A DNA stretch of 64,000 nucleotides. Source: Eledone cirrhosa. Taxonomy: Eukaryota. The notes beneath the pieces are model-generated. The model saw only the letters and a list, made by a program, of their open reading frames with translations, searched no databases and was not told the origin of the DNA. Numbering within the stretch: the first letter of the stretch is position 1; each line of letters begins with the position of its first letter. Location: NCBI GenBank assembly GCA_964016885.1, contig OZ024751.1, positions 24,614,001 to 24,678,000 of the forward strand, written 5' to 3'. Positions 1-14,416 of this stretch are shown in pieces. The translations under genes and the position numbers were made by a program.

Positions 1-370
1 CAGGGGAAAGTCGATGAAATTAAAACCAGTGTATTACTGGTACTTTATTTTATCGACCCCGTAAGGATGAAAGGCAAAGTTAACCTCGGCGAGATTTCAA
101 CTCAGAAGGTAAAAGAATATAACAGAAATGTCCCTTACAATAATTACGACGATAAGTGTTCCTGATTTAGGCACAAGGCCAGCAATTTTGGGGGAGGGGA
201 ATGTCGATAAAATCGGCCCCCAGTGCATTACTGGTACTTATTTTATTGACCTCTTTACTTTTCATCATTAAAGATGAAAAGTAACCCTAACCCCGGCGAC
301 ATTTGAACCTCAGAATGTAAAGGAGCCGAAAAGCAACGTCTCTTACAACAACAATAAGAATAACATCAGT

Positions 371-429
<59 letters not shown>

Positions 430-561
430 CGATTATATATATATAGCAATAATAGATACGAAGACTAAAATCCGAAGATCCTGTAAGCAGAAATTCTTTG
501 CTTAAATTTTCATCTGTAAATACTAATAATAAATATATGTGTGTGTGTGTGTATATATATA

Positions 562-614
<53 letters not shown>

Positions 615-735
615 TATATTGTATAGATATATATATGCAGAAAATCGTATTGGGTGTGTATCCGCATGTATGCATGATATGTATGTGCATGTACGGATAA
701 TATGTGTGTGTATATGTGTGTGTGCGTGTATGTAA

Positions 736-783
<48 letters not shown>

Positions 784-1492
784 CAGTATGTGCTGTTCTG
801 TGTAAAGTAAGGAAAGCCAGTAGTCTAGCAGTAGAGAATAACATATTGATATATAGAATAGCTCAGACAGGTGCTATATAATTCGGTTAGTGATTCTGAA
901 GATCGATATTAGTCAATCAATCAGTTGTGGGTGTTTATGGTGCCAGTTATTTTACTGTCAGACGTTTTCTTCTTGCTAACAGTGCTCGCTAAAGGGACGT
1001 AACTTAATGCTGCAAAGCATGTTGTCAGACGCTCTACCGATACTACCAATCCCCGCCCTAATAATAATTGTTTCTACTTTAGACATAAGGCCACCAGTTA
1101 CTCCAGTGTATTACTGGTACTTTACTTTATCGACCACGTAAGGATGAAAGGCAAAGTTAACCTTGGCGGGATTTGAACTCAGAACGTAAAGAGCTGTAAC
1201 TCTATGCTGCAAAGCATGGTGTCCGCCCTTAATAATAACATAGATATAAATAAGAAAACTAATAAAAATAGCCACAGGACTAAATAGGAGCTAGAGCAAG
1301 TTAATTCTGCTGCTAGTGCAGAGACCGCTGGTTTTCATGATGCCAAGGTAACTGGGGGGTTTGACAAGACTAACATCACGTGATATTTAATTAGTTCGTC
1401 TTACATAGAAAGTTGGCTTCCGAGAGTAATCCGAAAATCCATCGTTGGGATCATCAGACATGAGTTCTTCCTTTATGTCACCTAAATACATG

Positions 1493-1525
<33 letters not shown>

Positions 1526-1528
<3 letters not shown>

Positions 1529-1760
1529 GGAAAAAGTATGACCCCGACGGCAGAGCTCAAGCCGTTTCGGCGGCTATTTCTGGACTAAATTAGAATTTTT
1601 AGCCTGGTGAAAAATTCTAATTTAGTCCAGAAATAGCCGTCGAAACGGCTTGAGCTCTGCCGTCGGGATCATACTTTTTCCTATTTCCCACTCTACTACA
1701 CTAAGTAGTGAGTACTCTGGTGCGTTATGATCCATTTGGTTCCTTACCACAATTCCTTTG

Positions 1761-1762
<2 letters not shown>
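1526..1762. mobile_element. (TA)n-flanked palindromic PLE-end insertion
   Basis: Arms 1526-1600 and 1610-1684. Each carries only the 3' half of a hammerhead (GAAA-CGGC..GAGCTC..GCCG-TC). The right arm extends to (TA)n. Confidence 0.7.
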
Positions 1763-1810
<48 letters not shown>

Positions 1811-1836
1811 AACCACAGACCCTCCATCTCAACTCA

Positions 1837-1874
1837 CCTTTTGAAAAGCAGAAGAACTGCGAAACCGGTAAAGG
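1837..1874 (+). ncRNA. Degenerate hammerhead motif
   Basis: CCTT-ttgaaaa (mutated CTGAAGA)-GCAG aagaa CTGC-GAAA-CCGG-TA^-AAGG. Confidence 0.5.
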
Positions 1875-2005
1875 AACCAAATAAATATATATATTTTTTT
1901 TAAAAATAAGACTTCAGTTGCATTTTCGATTTCATCCCTTTTTCTTTATACTTCCACTCGTGTAGGACACCTCGGTTATTTTTCATTTTGTAAAAAAAAC
2001 CTCAC

Positions 2006-2051
<46 letters not shown>

Positions 2052-2245
2052 TGTTATTCTTGGGGAGGGTCATATTATTGTAATAATATTGCCAGAATTA
2101 ATAACAGAGCACACTCACTGTTTGGTTGGTCTTCGCTTCTGTATCTTTTATATCAGTTAATTTATTCGGTCCTCAATGTTTACCATTGACTGACTAACGG
2201 TCAAAAATATAGATATAATATAGACACAAACACATATATATAGTC

Positions 2246-2300
<55 letters not shown>

Positions 2301-2338
2301 TATATATATATATATATACACAGTATATATATATGCAC

Positions 2339-2427
<89 letters not shown>

Positions 2428-2609
2428 AGAGGTATAGATATAGATATACACACATTCATTCATATATATACATTTCTATCTTATATATATACTAGCTGGC
2501 CCATCCGGCTGGCGCCCGGCTACCATTGGCGTGTTCTACGGCATTCATATATATATATAGCTGACGTACCTATCTTCGCTTGGATAAACAGACGATAAAC
2601 CGTCTGTGT

Positions 2610-3175
2610 AGTATAGTATTACTGTTGAAAATATATAGTACAGTATTACTGTTGAAAATATATAGTACAGTATTACTGTTGAAAATATATAGTACAGTAT
2701 TACTGTTGAAAATATATAGTACAGTATTACTGTTGAAAATATATAGTACAGTATTACTGTTGAAAATATATAGTACAGTATTACTGTTGAAAATATATAG
2801 TACAGTATTACTGTTGAAAATATATAGTACAGTATTACTGTTGAAAATATATAGTATAGTATTACTGTTGAAAATATATAGTACAGTATTACTGTTGAAA
2901 ATATATAGTACAGTATTACTGTTAAAAATATATAGTACAGTATTACTGTTGAAAATATATAGTATAGTATTACTGTTGAAAATATATAGTATAGTATTAC
3001 TGTTGAAAATATATAGTACAGTATTACTGTTGAAAATATATAGTACAGTATTACTGTTAAAAATATATAGTACAGTATTACTGTTAAAAATATATAGTAC
3101 AGTATTACTGTTGAAAATATATAGTATAGCATTACTGTTGAAAATATATAGTACAGTTTTACTGTTGAAAATATA
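2610..3175. repeat. 27-bp minisatellite, ~21 copies
   Basis: tagtacagtattactgttgaaaatata; internal palindrome ACAGTA-t-TACTGT. Confidence 0.95.
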
Positions 3176-3266
3176 CGACATTAATAACACCTCAGTATCT
3201 CTCATAAACAGACATATACCCATACACACATACACACACTAATACAGACACACATACACACACACA

Positions 3267-3278
3267 CTACTACTACCA

Positions 3279-3324
<46 letters not shown>

Positions 3325-3845
3325 CACTACTTTGACGCTAAACTCCGCCAGTTGCAGACTGCGCATCAAACACGAGGTATTTTTCTCCACAAAGTTCGAT
3401 CACCAACTGTATAGTTTAAAGAGCAAAGATCAAGTCCAGTCCATAAATTGACATTGTCAAGCCATCGATTTGGCTGCCTTACTTACCAGCCAACCTTCCT
3501 TCCAGGCATAACCTACTCACACCACGAGTTGATCTTTTTATATGACCGTATAGTTTGAGTTCTCTTGACTTGACAATTGATGTAATTGGTCTAAGTCTGG
3601 TAATGTTGAGCAGCTCACTGATACAGATACGGTCGCTGAGCCGCTTGCTAGTCATAAGTCTCATGATGTGGTTCTGGAATGTAGAGAGCTTCTGAAGTGA
3701 CCTTGTCGTCCAATTAACACAGTCAAGACCATATAACACAACTGATAGGATGTAAGTATCGAAGCCTTCAAATGATAGGAAACTCGTTTTGATGTTAGTA
3801 TTTCCTTGTTCTTGTTGAAAGCTGCCCAACCTAGAACGATGCGAA
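3267..3845 (-). mobile_element. RTE-clade LINE 3' fragment with (TAG)n tail
   Basis: [19 protein letters not shown]; [14 protein letters not shown]...LKLYGHIKR...LEGRLAGK; frameshifted. Confidence 0.85.
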
Positions 3846-3868
3846 CACACAAACACAAAGACACACAG

Positions 3869-3922
<54 letters not shown>

Positions 3923-4054
3923 ACATATATATATATATGCACCAACACACTCTCTAGCATATACACACATACACACCGGCACTCACACACACTGATACAC
4001 ATGCACACACACACACACACACACACACAGAGTTTCTTGATCATAAGCCTGTCT

Positions 4055-4518
4055 GGGGGTTAAATGCCACCCATAAAACCTCAGTATCTATCCTGAAGTA
4101 ATATACAGCCACACACACATACAGACACACAAACACACACACACATACACACACGTCCACCCACACAGTTGCTTGACCAAAGGCTGCCCGAGGGTTAAAT
4201 GCCTCCAATAAAACCTCAATATCTATTCTATAGTGACATACAGCCACACACTCATACAGACACACAAACACACACACACATACACACACGTCCACCCACA
4301 CATAAGCTTGACCAAAGGCTGCCCGAGGGTTAAATGCCTCCAATAAAACCTCAATATCTATTCTATAGTGACATACAGCCACACACACATACAGACACAC
4401 ACTCATACAGACACACAAACACACAGACACACATACACACACGTCCACCCACACACAAGCTTGACCAAAGGCTGCCCGAGGGTTAAATGCCACCAATAAA
4501 ACCTTAATATCTATCCTG
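4055..4518. repeat. ~135-150-bp tandem repeat, ~3.3 copies
   Basis: gggttaaatgcc...gcttgaccaaaggctgcccga units. Confidence 0.9.
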
Positions 4519-4599
4519 ATCCTTCAGGATCCTGACTCCCTAGATAACAATATTACATATTGTGTCTCTTATATAAGACAGGTGTATGATATATGTCCC

Positions 4600-5170
4600 C
4601 CAGCGCCAGTAGCACCAGCACCGCCACCGCCACCACTACTACCACCACCGCCGCCGCCACCACCACCACCACCACTACCACTACTACCACCACCGCCGCC
4701 ACCACTACTACCATCGCCGCCGCCACCACCACCTCTACCACTACCGCCGCCGCCACCACCACCTCTACCACCACCACCACCACCACTACTACCACCACCG
4801 CCACCACCACCACTACCATCGCTGCCACCACCACCACCACCACCACCACCAATACTACCACCACAGCTACCACCACTACTACCACCGCCGCCGCCGCCAC
4901 CACCACCTCTACCACTACCACCACCACCACCGCCACTACTACCACCACCGCCACCACCAGCGCCACCACCACTACTACCACCACCGCCGCCACCACCACC
5001 TCTACCACCACCACCACCTCTACCACTACCACCACCGCCACCACCACTGCCACCACCGCCACCACCACCAATACCACCACCACCACCACCTCTACCACTA
5101 CTACCACCACCGCCACCACCACCACTACCGCCGTCACCACCACCTCTACCAATACCACCACCACCACTGC
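4600..5170. repeat. Degenerate (CCA)n trinucleotide field; similar fields at 31640-31960, 46152-46495 and 61610-62250
   Basis: CCA/CCG/CTA triplets. Confidence 0.9.
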
Positions 5171-5295
5171 CCTCCCAATAGCCATCATGTTTTACACGTT
5201 CGACGTTAAGCTTCGATGTTAGATCATTAAATAGATATGATATTGAATATTTCAGATAGCGTGGGAGATATATATATATATATATATATATCATA

Positions 5296-5344
<49 letters not shown>

Positions 5345-5347
5345 AGC

Positions 5348-5388
<41 letters not shown>

Positions 5389-5421
5389 CGTATGTATATA
5401 TATATATATATATATATAAGC

Positions 5422-5531
<110 letters not shown>

Positions 5532-5567
5532 TATTATATGTATATATATGTATATATATATATAAGC

Positions 5568-5612
<45 letters not shown>

Positions 5613-5614
5613 CG

Positions 5615-5646
<32 letters not shown>

Positions 5647-5649
5647 AGC

Positions 5650-5690
<41 letters not shown>

Positions 5691-5891
5691 CCCACGGCTA
5701 GATAAAATGATAAAGTACAAGGAATTTAAGTGCCTAGCCCAAAGGCACGAGGAATCTTCTCAAAGACCAATAAGTGTGCAGTAGAATTTAATACGCTAGC
5801 TGCTTCAATGTTTCGTCTTTTCATTCTAACGTAAACACCTTAGGTTATTACAACACTGGCGTTTGTCTATGTAAGTGAGTGTGTGTCTGTG

Positions 5892-5924
<33 letters not shown>

Positions 5925-6018
5925 GGAGAGAGAGAGAGGGGGGGGGGATGAATAGATAAATAAATAGATATCTTTCTTTATTTGCCACAGGGGCGTACAC
6001 AAATGGGACACTCAAGAC

Positions 6019-6053
<35 letters not shown>

Positions 6054-6426
6054 GAGGTAGACAATCATTCAGTAGTGTTGTGAGTTTCATTATTAACCTG
6101 ATCATAATGACGGGGGGGGGGGGTATTGGCAGAATCGGTAGAGATTAACGGCCCTTTACGTTCTGAGTTCAAATCCCGCCGAAGTTAACTTTGCCTTTCA
6201 TCCTTACGGGGTCGATAGAATAAAGTACCAGTAATGCACTGGGTAATTGCTGGCCTTGTACCAAAAGTAGAAACAATTATTTATGTCTTCAAAAAATACT
6301 TTACATTCTCCAATGCCTCATTAGTTTTTAAATGATATTTGGTGGCGTATATCACTAGTCTAAGTGGCAGTATGATTTCAAGGACACACACACACATACA
6401 CACACACATATATATACGCATACATG

Positions 6427-6457
<31 letters not shown>

Positions 6458-6728
6458 CAAAGGCATGTATTGAGTTAGAAAGTCAAATATGTACATATAT
6501 ATATGTATGTATGTATATATATATGCATACATATATGCGCGTGTGTGTTTATATTTGTATATGCATATATATGTGTGTGTGTGTGTTCTCGAAACGTACA
6601 TGTGCATATCAACAGAGGGATAGATACATAAAAACACACAGAGAGAAACACACACACATACACACACACATACGCACACACACTAGCACCTGCACACACA
6701 CACACACACACTCACAGACACACACAAG

Positions 6729-6794
6729 TAGACACAGTTCTTCATTGAAGTAGAAGACATTCAATGACCATCTGCTTAGACTGAGAATGACGTC
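6729..6794 (-). CDS. Possible isolated exon (VILSLSRWSLNVFYFNEELCL)
   Basis: Long pyrimidine tract ending ctactacag| followed by a unique island. The donor is ambiguous. Confidence 0.25.
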
Positions 6795-6879
6795 TGTAGT
6801 AGAGGAGGTGGAGGGGGAGGAGAAGGAGAAGAAGAAGAAGAAGAAGAAGAAGAAGAAGAAGAAGAAGAAGAAGAAGAAG

Positions 6880-6947
<68 letters not shown>

Positions 6948-7488
6948 GGTAAAGAAGAAGGCAAAAAAGAAAGAATAGAAGAAGAAGAAGAAGAAGAAGA
7001 AGAAAGAAAAACTGAAATGAAAAAGAAGAGAACTAAGCAGCCAAGATAATATACTAAAACATACTAAAAAGATACGAAAAACACACTAAAAACACAATAA
7101 AAACACACTATAAAGATACTCGGAAAAAATCGAGAAAGTTTCCTCGCCAAAGTGAAAGTTGAGAGATCAAGATGTGAAGTAGTGTTGAAGAAAAACAAGA
7201 TTGCAACCGACGGTCAGTCTGTAGACAATATTGATCTACTTTCAATAAAATCAGACAGCTCTTCACATCGAAACCGAATGAGCGTTTCGATGTTTTGTTT
7301 TGTTTCGTGTTGTTTTTTTTTGTTTTGTTTTTTTCTTGAAGGTATAAGGTACAGGGCCAATAAATTTTCGATGTATGGTTTCGTTTGGTTGGTTTGTATA
7401 TGTATAAATGTATGTGAATGTATGTGTATGTATAAATGTGTATGTATATATGTGTGTGTGTATATATATATATGTATATATATATATG

Positions 7489-7559
<71 letters not shown>

Positions 7560-7663
7560 TGCGGGGCTCTTAACATCTACATGTATGTATATATGTATGC
7601 ATATATATATACATATATATATGTATATATATATATATACATATATATGTATATATATATATG

Positions 7664-7695
<32 letters not shown>

Positions 7696-8251
7696 CATAT
7701 ATATATGTATATATATATATATGAGAGCGAGAACAGCTGGTTATTGGAGTATCATGGCCGTTAATGAATCCTGCATGCATGAAACTTCTTTGTTTTATTT
7801 TTCTATGTTATTATTATTATCTTCATTTTGCTAAAGTCTCGCTCTCTCATTCCCTCTCTCTCTCTCTCTCTCTCTCCCTTTCTCTTTTTTTCTCTCTCTT
7901 TTCCATCGAGTTCCTGAAAGCCGACTGACAATGGCGTCACATACGAGAAGTATGCGAGAAGGTTCTGTGTGTCAGCAGCCGATCAAACAGTCGTAAAAAG
8001 TAAAAAGTAACAAATATTTAAAAAAAAAAAAAAAAAAAAAATGGACGAAGATAAATAGAGAAATAGAAGCGGGAGGGGGGGGGGGAATGGATACATTAAT
8101 GATAATGATAATAATAATAATAATGTATAAAATGTGTTCCATCGTATCAACTGTAGGATAGATATCCCCAAGCAGCTGTTTCTTCGTGTTACTTGATCTG
8201 AGGTTCGACTTACAAACAGAGCCTATTGATTTTATATACACATACATACAA

Positions 8252-8404
<153 letters not shown>

Positions 8405-8448
8405 CAAATGTTCTCCTCTGTCCACTTGAGTTTTTATGTCAATGGTGA

Positions 8449-8485
<37 letters not shown>

Positions 8486-8769
8486 TGTTGTTGTTGTTGT
8501 TGTAGTAGAAGCCGGTGGATCTAGCTATAGAAAGAAAGAAGTGCAGTAACGTAGTAATGTAATGTTTTTCGCTTGTGTCCATCACCACTAATACAATATA
8601 TATATATATATATATATATATACGGAAAAAAGAAAAGATACAGTTCAATGCAGAAATGTATTAATTCAATGCTTGATATAGTAGGAGAAACGTCCTTATG
8701 TTTCGGACAGTAGTCCTTCCTCAGAACATACAATGAAAACTAAAGGATGAAATGGAAAGCTAGAGTGTA

Positions 8770-9048
8770 AGATGTGGAAGGAACAATCCATTCCACGAAG
8801 GCATTATCTTACACTTTGACCACTTAAAACTTTTCCCTTCACTTTCTCACAATATATATATATCCTACGGTAAACAGCGAAGGCCACGTGTTGTCCCTCT
8901 CCGACATTAGTGAGAAGTGGAAGGGACAACCCATTCCCCGAGGGCATTATCTTACACTTTGACCACTAAAAGCTTTTCCCCTCACTTTCTCGCAATATAT
9001 ATATATCCCACGATAAACAGCGAAAGCCACGTGCCCTCTCCGACATAA
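8770..9048. repeat. Two diverged ~145-bp direct repeats
   Basis: gtggaagg..ggcattatcttacactttgaccact...ccctctccgacat occurs twice. Confidence 0.85.
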
Positions 9049-9387
9049 CCTTTTCTCTTCGGAAAACCCCAAGTTGATGGATGCGAAATCCGAAATATAG
9101 GGACTATTAAATCACTTCCAAGGTAACTCTATCTCATTATATAATTTTTTACACTTTTCATGCGTTCTTTTACGCTCTCTACGTCTCTTTTTACGCTTCC
9201 TCTTACATCTGTGTCTCTCATTACCACCTGATTATGTTACCCGGAGATTTACCCATCACGATTGTTGAGGCTTCCAAAACCACCATTTATATATATATAT
9301 ATATACGTGTGTATGTGTGTAATTGCAGAATTGGCAGTGTAAAAGACAATACAGGAGCAGAGAAAAATAGATGATGAAGGGACATAG

Positions 9388-9590
9388 ATTTTTGTTGAAA
9401 ATTTAGCTAATTTTTGCTAAAAATTTAGTCAATTTTTGTTGAAAATTTAGCCAGTTTTGCTTAAATTTTAGCCAATTTTTGTTGAAAATTTAGTCAATTT
9501 TTGTTGAAAATTTAACCAATTTTTGCTGAAAATTTAGCCAATTTTTGCTTAAAATTTAGTCAATTTTTGTTGAAAATTCAACCAAATTTA
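9388..9590. repeat. 22-bp AT-rich minisatellite, ~9 copies
   Basis: gaaaatttagccaatttttgtt. Confidence 0.9.
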
Positions 9591-9713
9591 TGCATCCATT
9601 ACATATTTGACTTACTTATTTTACATTACTCCGGAGAAAACAAACCAACCTGCGTACTTCGTCGAGTGCTCCAATCTGCATGATGAGGTGTCTGTAAACA
9701 ACCAACATATACT

Positions 9714-9771
<58 letters not shown>

Positions 9772-9790
9772 CAATATATATATATATATA

Positions 9791-10152
9791 TATTATTCAA
9801 AATGTTAATAAATGATAAATATTCTCATAATCAAAATATATATTTTATTATACATATTTCAAAGGTACAATGGTGTTTAAGTACGTTTTCATCAGACAAA
9901 ATATATGATTTCATATGTGACATACCGCTACGGTTTTGATTATTCAATTCCAGTATTATTATTATTATTATTATTGTTCAATGCCAATACTGGAATTGAA
10001 TAATCAAAACCGTAGCGGTATGTCACATATCAAATCATATATTTTGTCTGATGAAAACGTACTTAAACACCATTGTACCTTTGAAATATGTATAATAAAA
10101 TATATATTTTGATTATGAGAATATTTTTCATTTATTAACATTTTGAATAATA
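9791..10152. mobile_element. (TA)n-flanked palindromic PLE-end insertion
   Basis: Near-perfect ~167-bp inverted arms at 9791-9957 and 9986-10152, each with a hammerhead. Confidence 0.8.
10037..10105 (+). ncRNA. Minimal type-I hammerhead ribozyme motif; inverted copy at 9838-9906 (-)
   Basis: ATATATTTTGT-CTGATGA-stem II (aaacgtac/gtaccttt)-GAAA-TATGTA-TA^-ATAAAATATAT; 11-bp stem I. Confidence 0.8.
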
Positions 10153-10293
10153 CATATATATATATAGAGAGTTATGTAAAACTTAAGCTCTGTTACCTAC
10201 ATGGAGCACTCTTTTTTCCTGGACTTTTCCGACGGAATTACTTCACATATATATATATATAGAAGTGGTAACACAACATTTAGTTCACCATAT

Positions 10294-10331
10294 CGAGAAC
10301 AATTGTTTCACCTTAGCGGATCTTCAGCTCG
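10294..10331 (-). ncRNA. Minimal hammerhead ribozyme motif
   Basis: CGAG-CTGAAGA-tccgctaaggt-GAAA-CAATTG-TT^-CTCG. Confidence 0.75.
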
Positions 10332-10563
10332 TAATGGACATAGTTATACGGAACAGGAAGGACAACCGTATGAACGCGGATGCGCAGGAACGGTCACTTC
10401 ACCCAGGCAATACAAAATTGCGCGCGAGAGATGTAAGGGAGATAACTGAGAAAGTCTGGACTTTCGCAGTTATCTCCCTTACACCTAACTGTTGTGTTAC
10501 CATTTCTACCTAACTCGTCCTATGGACTGAGTGCTCTACCACTACGGATATTACCTTCCAGTA

Positions 10564-10644
<81 letters not shown>

Positions 10645-10667
10645 TAGAGAGAGAGGATATATATATA

Positions 10668-10706
<39 letters not shown>

Positions 10707-10950
10707 AGTAGAAGGAAGACGCAGTAGACGAAGACCACGAAAAACATGGGCGGAGGTGGTGAGAACAGACCTCAGATCGCTGAACCTCACGGGGGAGATG
10801 ACAAAGGACCGTGACAAGTGGAGAGATGCTGTGCTGAATAAGACCCGTCCCAACCTTGCAAGCTGGGAGAAGCGGACGTATGATGATGATGATGATATAT
10901 ATATATATATATATTTATTTATTTATGTAATAAACAACCCAATACAATTA

Positions 10951-11023
10951 TTCCATTTACCAAAGGTTTCACGAAGACAAGTGAACTCAACAGAGACGTC
11001 TGAAGTCGTTCATCAGAAAGGAA
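10951..11023 (-). ncRNA. Hammerhead ribozyme motif
   Basis: TTCCTTT-CTGATGA-acga...tcgt-GAAA-CCTTTGG-TA^-AATGGAA. Confidence 0.7.
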
Positions 11024-11228
11024 AATTTAATATGGATGTGAGATATGAAATTAAAAACAAAGGCTATTACAATTGAAAGCGAGGCTGAAATAAAATATAA
11101 TAAAAAAAAAAAAATATACACACTGATGGAGAGCGTAAGGTTAGGGGTTAAAAATACATATATATATATATATATATATACACATACACACACATATATA
11201 TATACACATATACACATACACACACACG

Positions 11229-11270
<42 letters not shown>

Positions 11271-11289
11271 TGAGTATACATAGATACAA

Positions 11290-13350
11290 ACATAGCACAT
11301 TTCGAGTTATTGACTTAATATGTTTCCATCTGACCAGACAGCCGAGAAAATAAAAATAAAAATATTAAGGTATAACATTTTTCGATAATATTTATCAGTG
11401 AATACCGCTTGTATTGGATTACGCTTTAGTTAATTATAAGTTTATATTATATCCAGATTATTAGGCATAGCTTAATTTCTATAGCAATCAAATATTTAAG
11501 TTTATTACAAATTTATATGCTTAAATTAATTTAATTTAATTTAGCTCATTCTAGATTATGACAATGTTTTATTATAAGGTAAGATATTCTATTAACATTA
11601 TACTGCAACATTAAAACAATTTCTCTTTAATGCCTAATTAAATAACTATTAAAATGTATTAAAATACATATATCCCCATCAATATATATAATATATTTTG
11701 TTCATTTATTATCTAAATTAATTTAAAATTCACTTTATGTGAAACTTCGTTCTTTTTTAATTTTCATTTCACTTAATGAATGGTTATATTTACTTCAATA
11801 CTTAATTATTCTAATATATTTAGTTTAATTTTAATGTATTATTAAACTATTAATTATTATTTATTAATGTATATTTTTTTTCCAAGCTAATAAAATTGAC
11901 GGACAATGTAAACAAAAGGAAGATAACTCTTTTACAAAGTAAACATTTTATAACTTAGAGGGAATCTCTTCCCTCGTGTCCAGCGATATTTTAAGAATCT
12001 TAACATATCTAATGTATATATCTTAATTGATGTCTAATTAAATAGTGAGCTATCCTAATCCGTTCGTAGAATAAAAGAAACTCTCAATGAGGTTATGCTA
12101 TTACATATAAATATCTATAAATTATTACTTCAATTAGGCAAAATTTACATATATTTAAGTTGTTATTTGTCCTTATTTTTTGGGAACTGGTACAATGCCT
12201 GGAAAGTCTTACCAATTTTATGATGTCAACTACTAATTGATTCATTCTTTTTGTTGATTAAATTGTCATAGTTTGTGATTATGTGAAGTATCTCCTCATT
12301 ACAAAGATGGCAAAATTCTGAGATTGCAGAATTCCAGTAGGGGATAGCAAACTTAATTTCCTCCAAGAGATGGAGTATTTAATGTTATTGTCCTTTAAAG
12401 ACCATACTAATTGTGAAAGTGAAGTTGAACATTTTTTATCCAGTCTATTAAAAGTATGTCTGTGATTATACCAACGTTCCTTAAATTTAGATGAAGTGAC
12501 ACCTATGTAATTATATATATTACCATTTGCCTTAATAGTACATTTATATACTAGATTTTTATCAAGGCAATTATTTTATAAAGGGCATTCGGACCTATTT
12601 CTACAATTACATTTATTCTCATTATTTACAGGTATTATACTATTCGCATTGCTATTTAAAGGCGTTATACTATTATTCATATTTAGACTATTATTATTGT
12701 TATTTTTAATAATTAATATATTATTATTATTATTATTATTCTTTGAGTCTCAGTCATTGATGTTATTTAACTGGAAAGTTTGTTGAAATGAATATCAAAC
12801 CGTTACCTGCAGCCTCAGATATTCAGGACGTATCGGAGGGTTCTTGCTGTTCCCAGCAAGCATGCCTTTTGAAGTGTTCCAAAAAGCAGGGCTGGACTAA
12901 TATTCTTTAACCATCCTTTCAATTAAGTGTTGGTATAATCCTATCTTTTAGACCTCTGAGGTACTCCTGGCCTCTATATGTTTTTTTTTTACTTAATGTT
13001 TCGTATTATATTTATGATTTCATTTTCAAAATTAGCCAGGAGTTTATTATATGGAGGATTTTTTCTAGATCTAAAAATAAGATCAAAATTATGATTGGTG
13101 TTTTTCTTATTAACTTTTTCCTTGTTTTCAAAGTGGAAAGCACGCCACTGCAGTCTTCTTATGAAAGAGTTGGATTACTCTATAAGTTGTCTCATATATT
13201 CATCATTTGATTGTAATGGTATATCCTTGAGGGATGTAGAAATCCTGAAGAATTCCATCATTTATTTAGAATTTATCTGTCGAGTGCTTCTAATCTATTG
13301 TAAAATTGAATTTGTTGAATAATCAACGAACCATATAAACTTTTGGTTTT
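11290..13350 (-). mobile_element. Penelope-like element, internally deleted and disrupted
   Basis: N-terminus from 13258: MEFFRISTSLKDIPLQSNDEYMRQLIE*SNSFIRRLQWRAFHF. GIY-YIG at ~12200-12620: CNCRNRSECPL*NNCLDKNLVYKC...YIGVTSSKFKERWYNHRHTF...STSLSQLVWSLK...CHLCNEE. RT absent. Confidence 0.9.
12718..12935 (-). mobile_element. RLE-type LINE 3' end with (TAA)n tail, nested in the PLE
   Basis: LQKACLLGTARTLRYVLNI* followed by a short UTR and (AAT)n. Confidence 0.75.
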
Positions 13351-13404
13351 ATATATATATATATAAATTACAGAATAATCAAAACTATGTTCAAAACATT
13401 TTAT

Positions 13405-13451
13405 TGCTGACAATCGTTTCTTCCAAACTTTCGTTTGGAATCATCGGAGCA
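13405..13451 (-). ncRNA. Minimal hammerhead ribozyme motif (core variant CCGATGA)
   Basis: TGCT-CCGATGA-TTCCAAAC gaaa GTTTGGAA-GAAA-CGATTG-TC^-AGCA, with AATAAA overlapping the end. Perfect 8-bp stem II with a GNRA loop. Confidence 0.75.
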
Positions 13452-13941
13452 CTAGCAAAGTTTAGACATATAATTAACCTCCTATTCCACAGAACAATCG
13501 TAAAGATATATAGATGTTAGTGTTGTCATTAATAGTGCCATATTTAAAGAGTGAAGATGGTGTGGTTAGTATCAGTGGATGCAACATAGATTATAAAAGA
13601 ATAATACAACAATTATAGAGGAATTAAAGAAGAAAGTTACTCACAAAACGAGGACATTAGCAGTACATATACAAGCGTATAGAAAGTGCAGATGTGTTAG
13701 GCATGTACAGAATAACAAGGTAAGAAACAAGCAATGGTACTAAGCATATATATCACAGTGTGGCAAAGGCATCACATAATACAATACAGGTATAAAAGCA
13801 TATTAAGCAGACAGAGATGCTTGTGTATGATGCTTGTGCTGAAGCTCACGGAGGAGATGACGAAAGACCGTGATAAGAGGAGAGATGCTGTGCAGAATAG
13901 GACCCGTCCCACCCTTGCAAGCAGGGAAAAGCGGACGTAAA

Positions 13942-14011
<70 letters not shown>

Positions 14012-14015
<4 letters not shown>

Positions 14016-14165
14016 GAGGGTAAGACACAAACTGTCGACACAAGCTCTTTATTTAAAAAAGGACTTTATTGCATAAGTTTAAACAGCATCTCCTTCAAAA
14101 TAGATCCCTAGCACGGCAATATATCGATCTCAGCATTTCTGCCATTCCTGGAATGCGGCCTCAAA
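14012..14165 (-). mobile_element. Mariner transposon end fragment
   Basis: TA-CGAGGG terminus; C-terminal AFQEWQKC*DRYIAVLGIYFEGDAV*. Confidence 0.75.
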
Positions 14166-14210
14166 GTGAGAAAGTTTCACATATTTCTTGTTATTTGTAA
14201 AGTATCCAAG

Positions 14211-14344
14211 TTATTTCTCTGGAATACTTTTGATGTCGTTCAGGTAAATTCCTTCAGCAGATTCCACAGAATATGTCAAGCAGATATTCTTTTCTGTAGT
14301 CCCCATGGTCAGTTCTGTGATCCTTCTATCATCTCCGCCTTTTA
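14211..14344 (-). CDS. Terminal coding exon (VKGGDDRRITELTMGTTEKNICLTYSVESAEGIYLNDIKSIPEK*)
   Basis: Strong polypyrimidine acceptor ctgtcttctatattttccag|, phase 1, ends in TAA at 14211-14213. Confidence 0.65.
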
Positions 14345-14416
14345 CTGGAAAATATAGAAGACAGAACATCATCATCACCATTGTCATCACCATTATATGT
14401 ACAACCCTTGCCAGAA

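Noticed and set aside
7100-7390. Unique island with open frames on both strands
   Set aside because: No recognisable motif or clear splice sites; the ORF lengths are inflated by the adjacent microsatellite.
7911-7995. Kozak-like ACAATGGCG and an exon-like island on the plus strand (also 1288-1347 and 47229-47268)
   Set aside because: Short, no recognisable homology, and no reliable exon chain could be built.
8660-8730. CTGAGGA-aggac tact gtcc-GAAAC on the minus strand
   Set aside because: The core and stem II are present but there is no convincing stem I or UH site. Counted only as a degenerate remnant.
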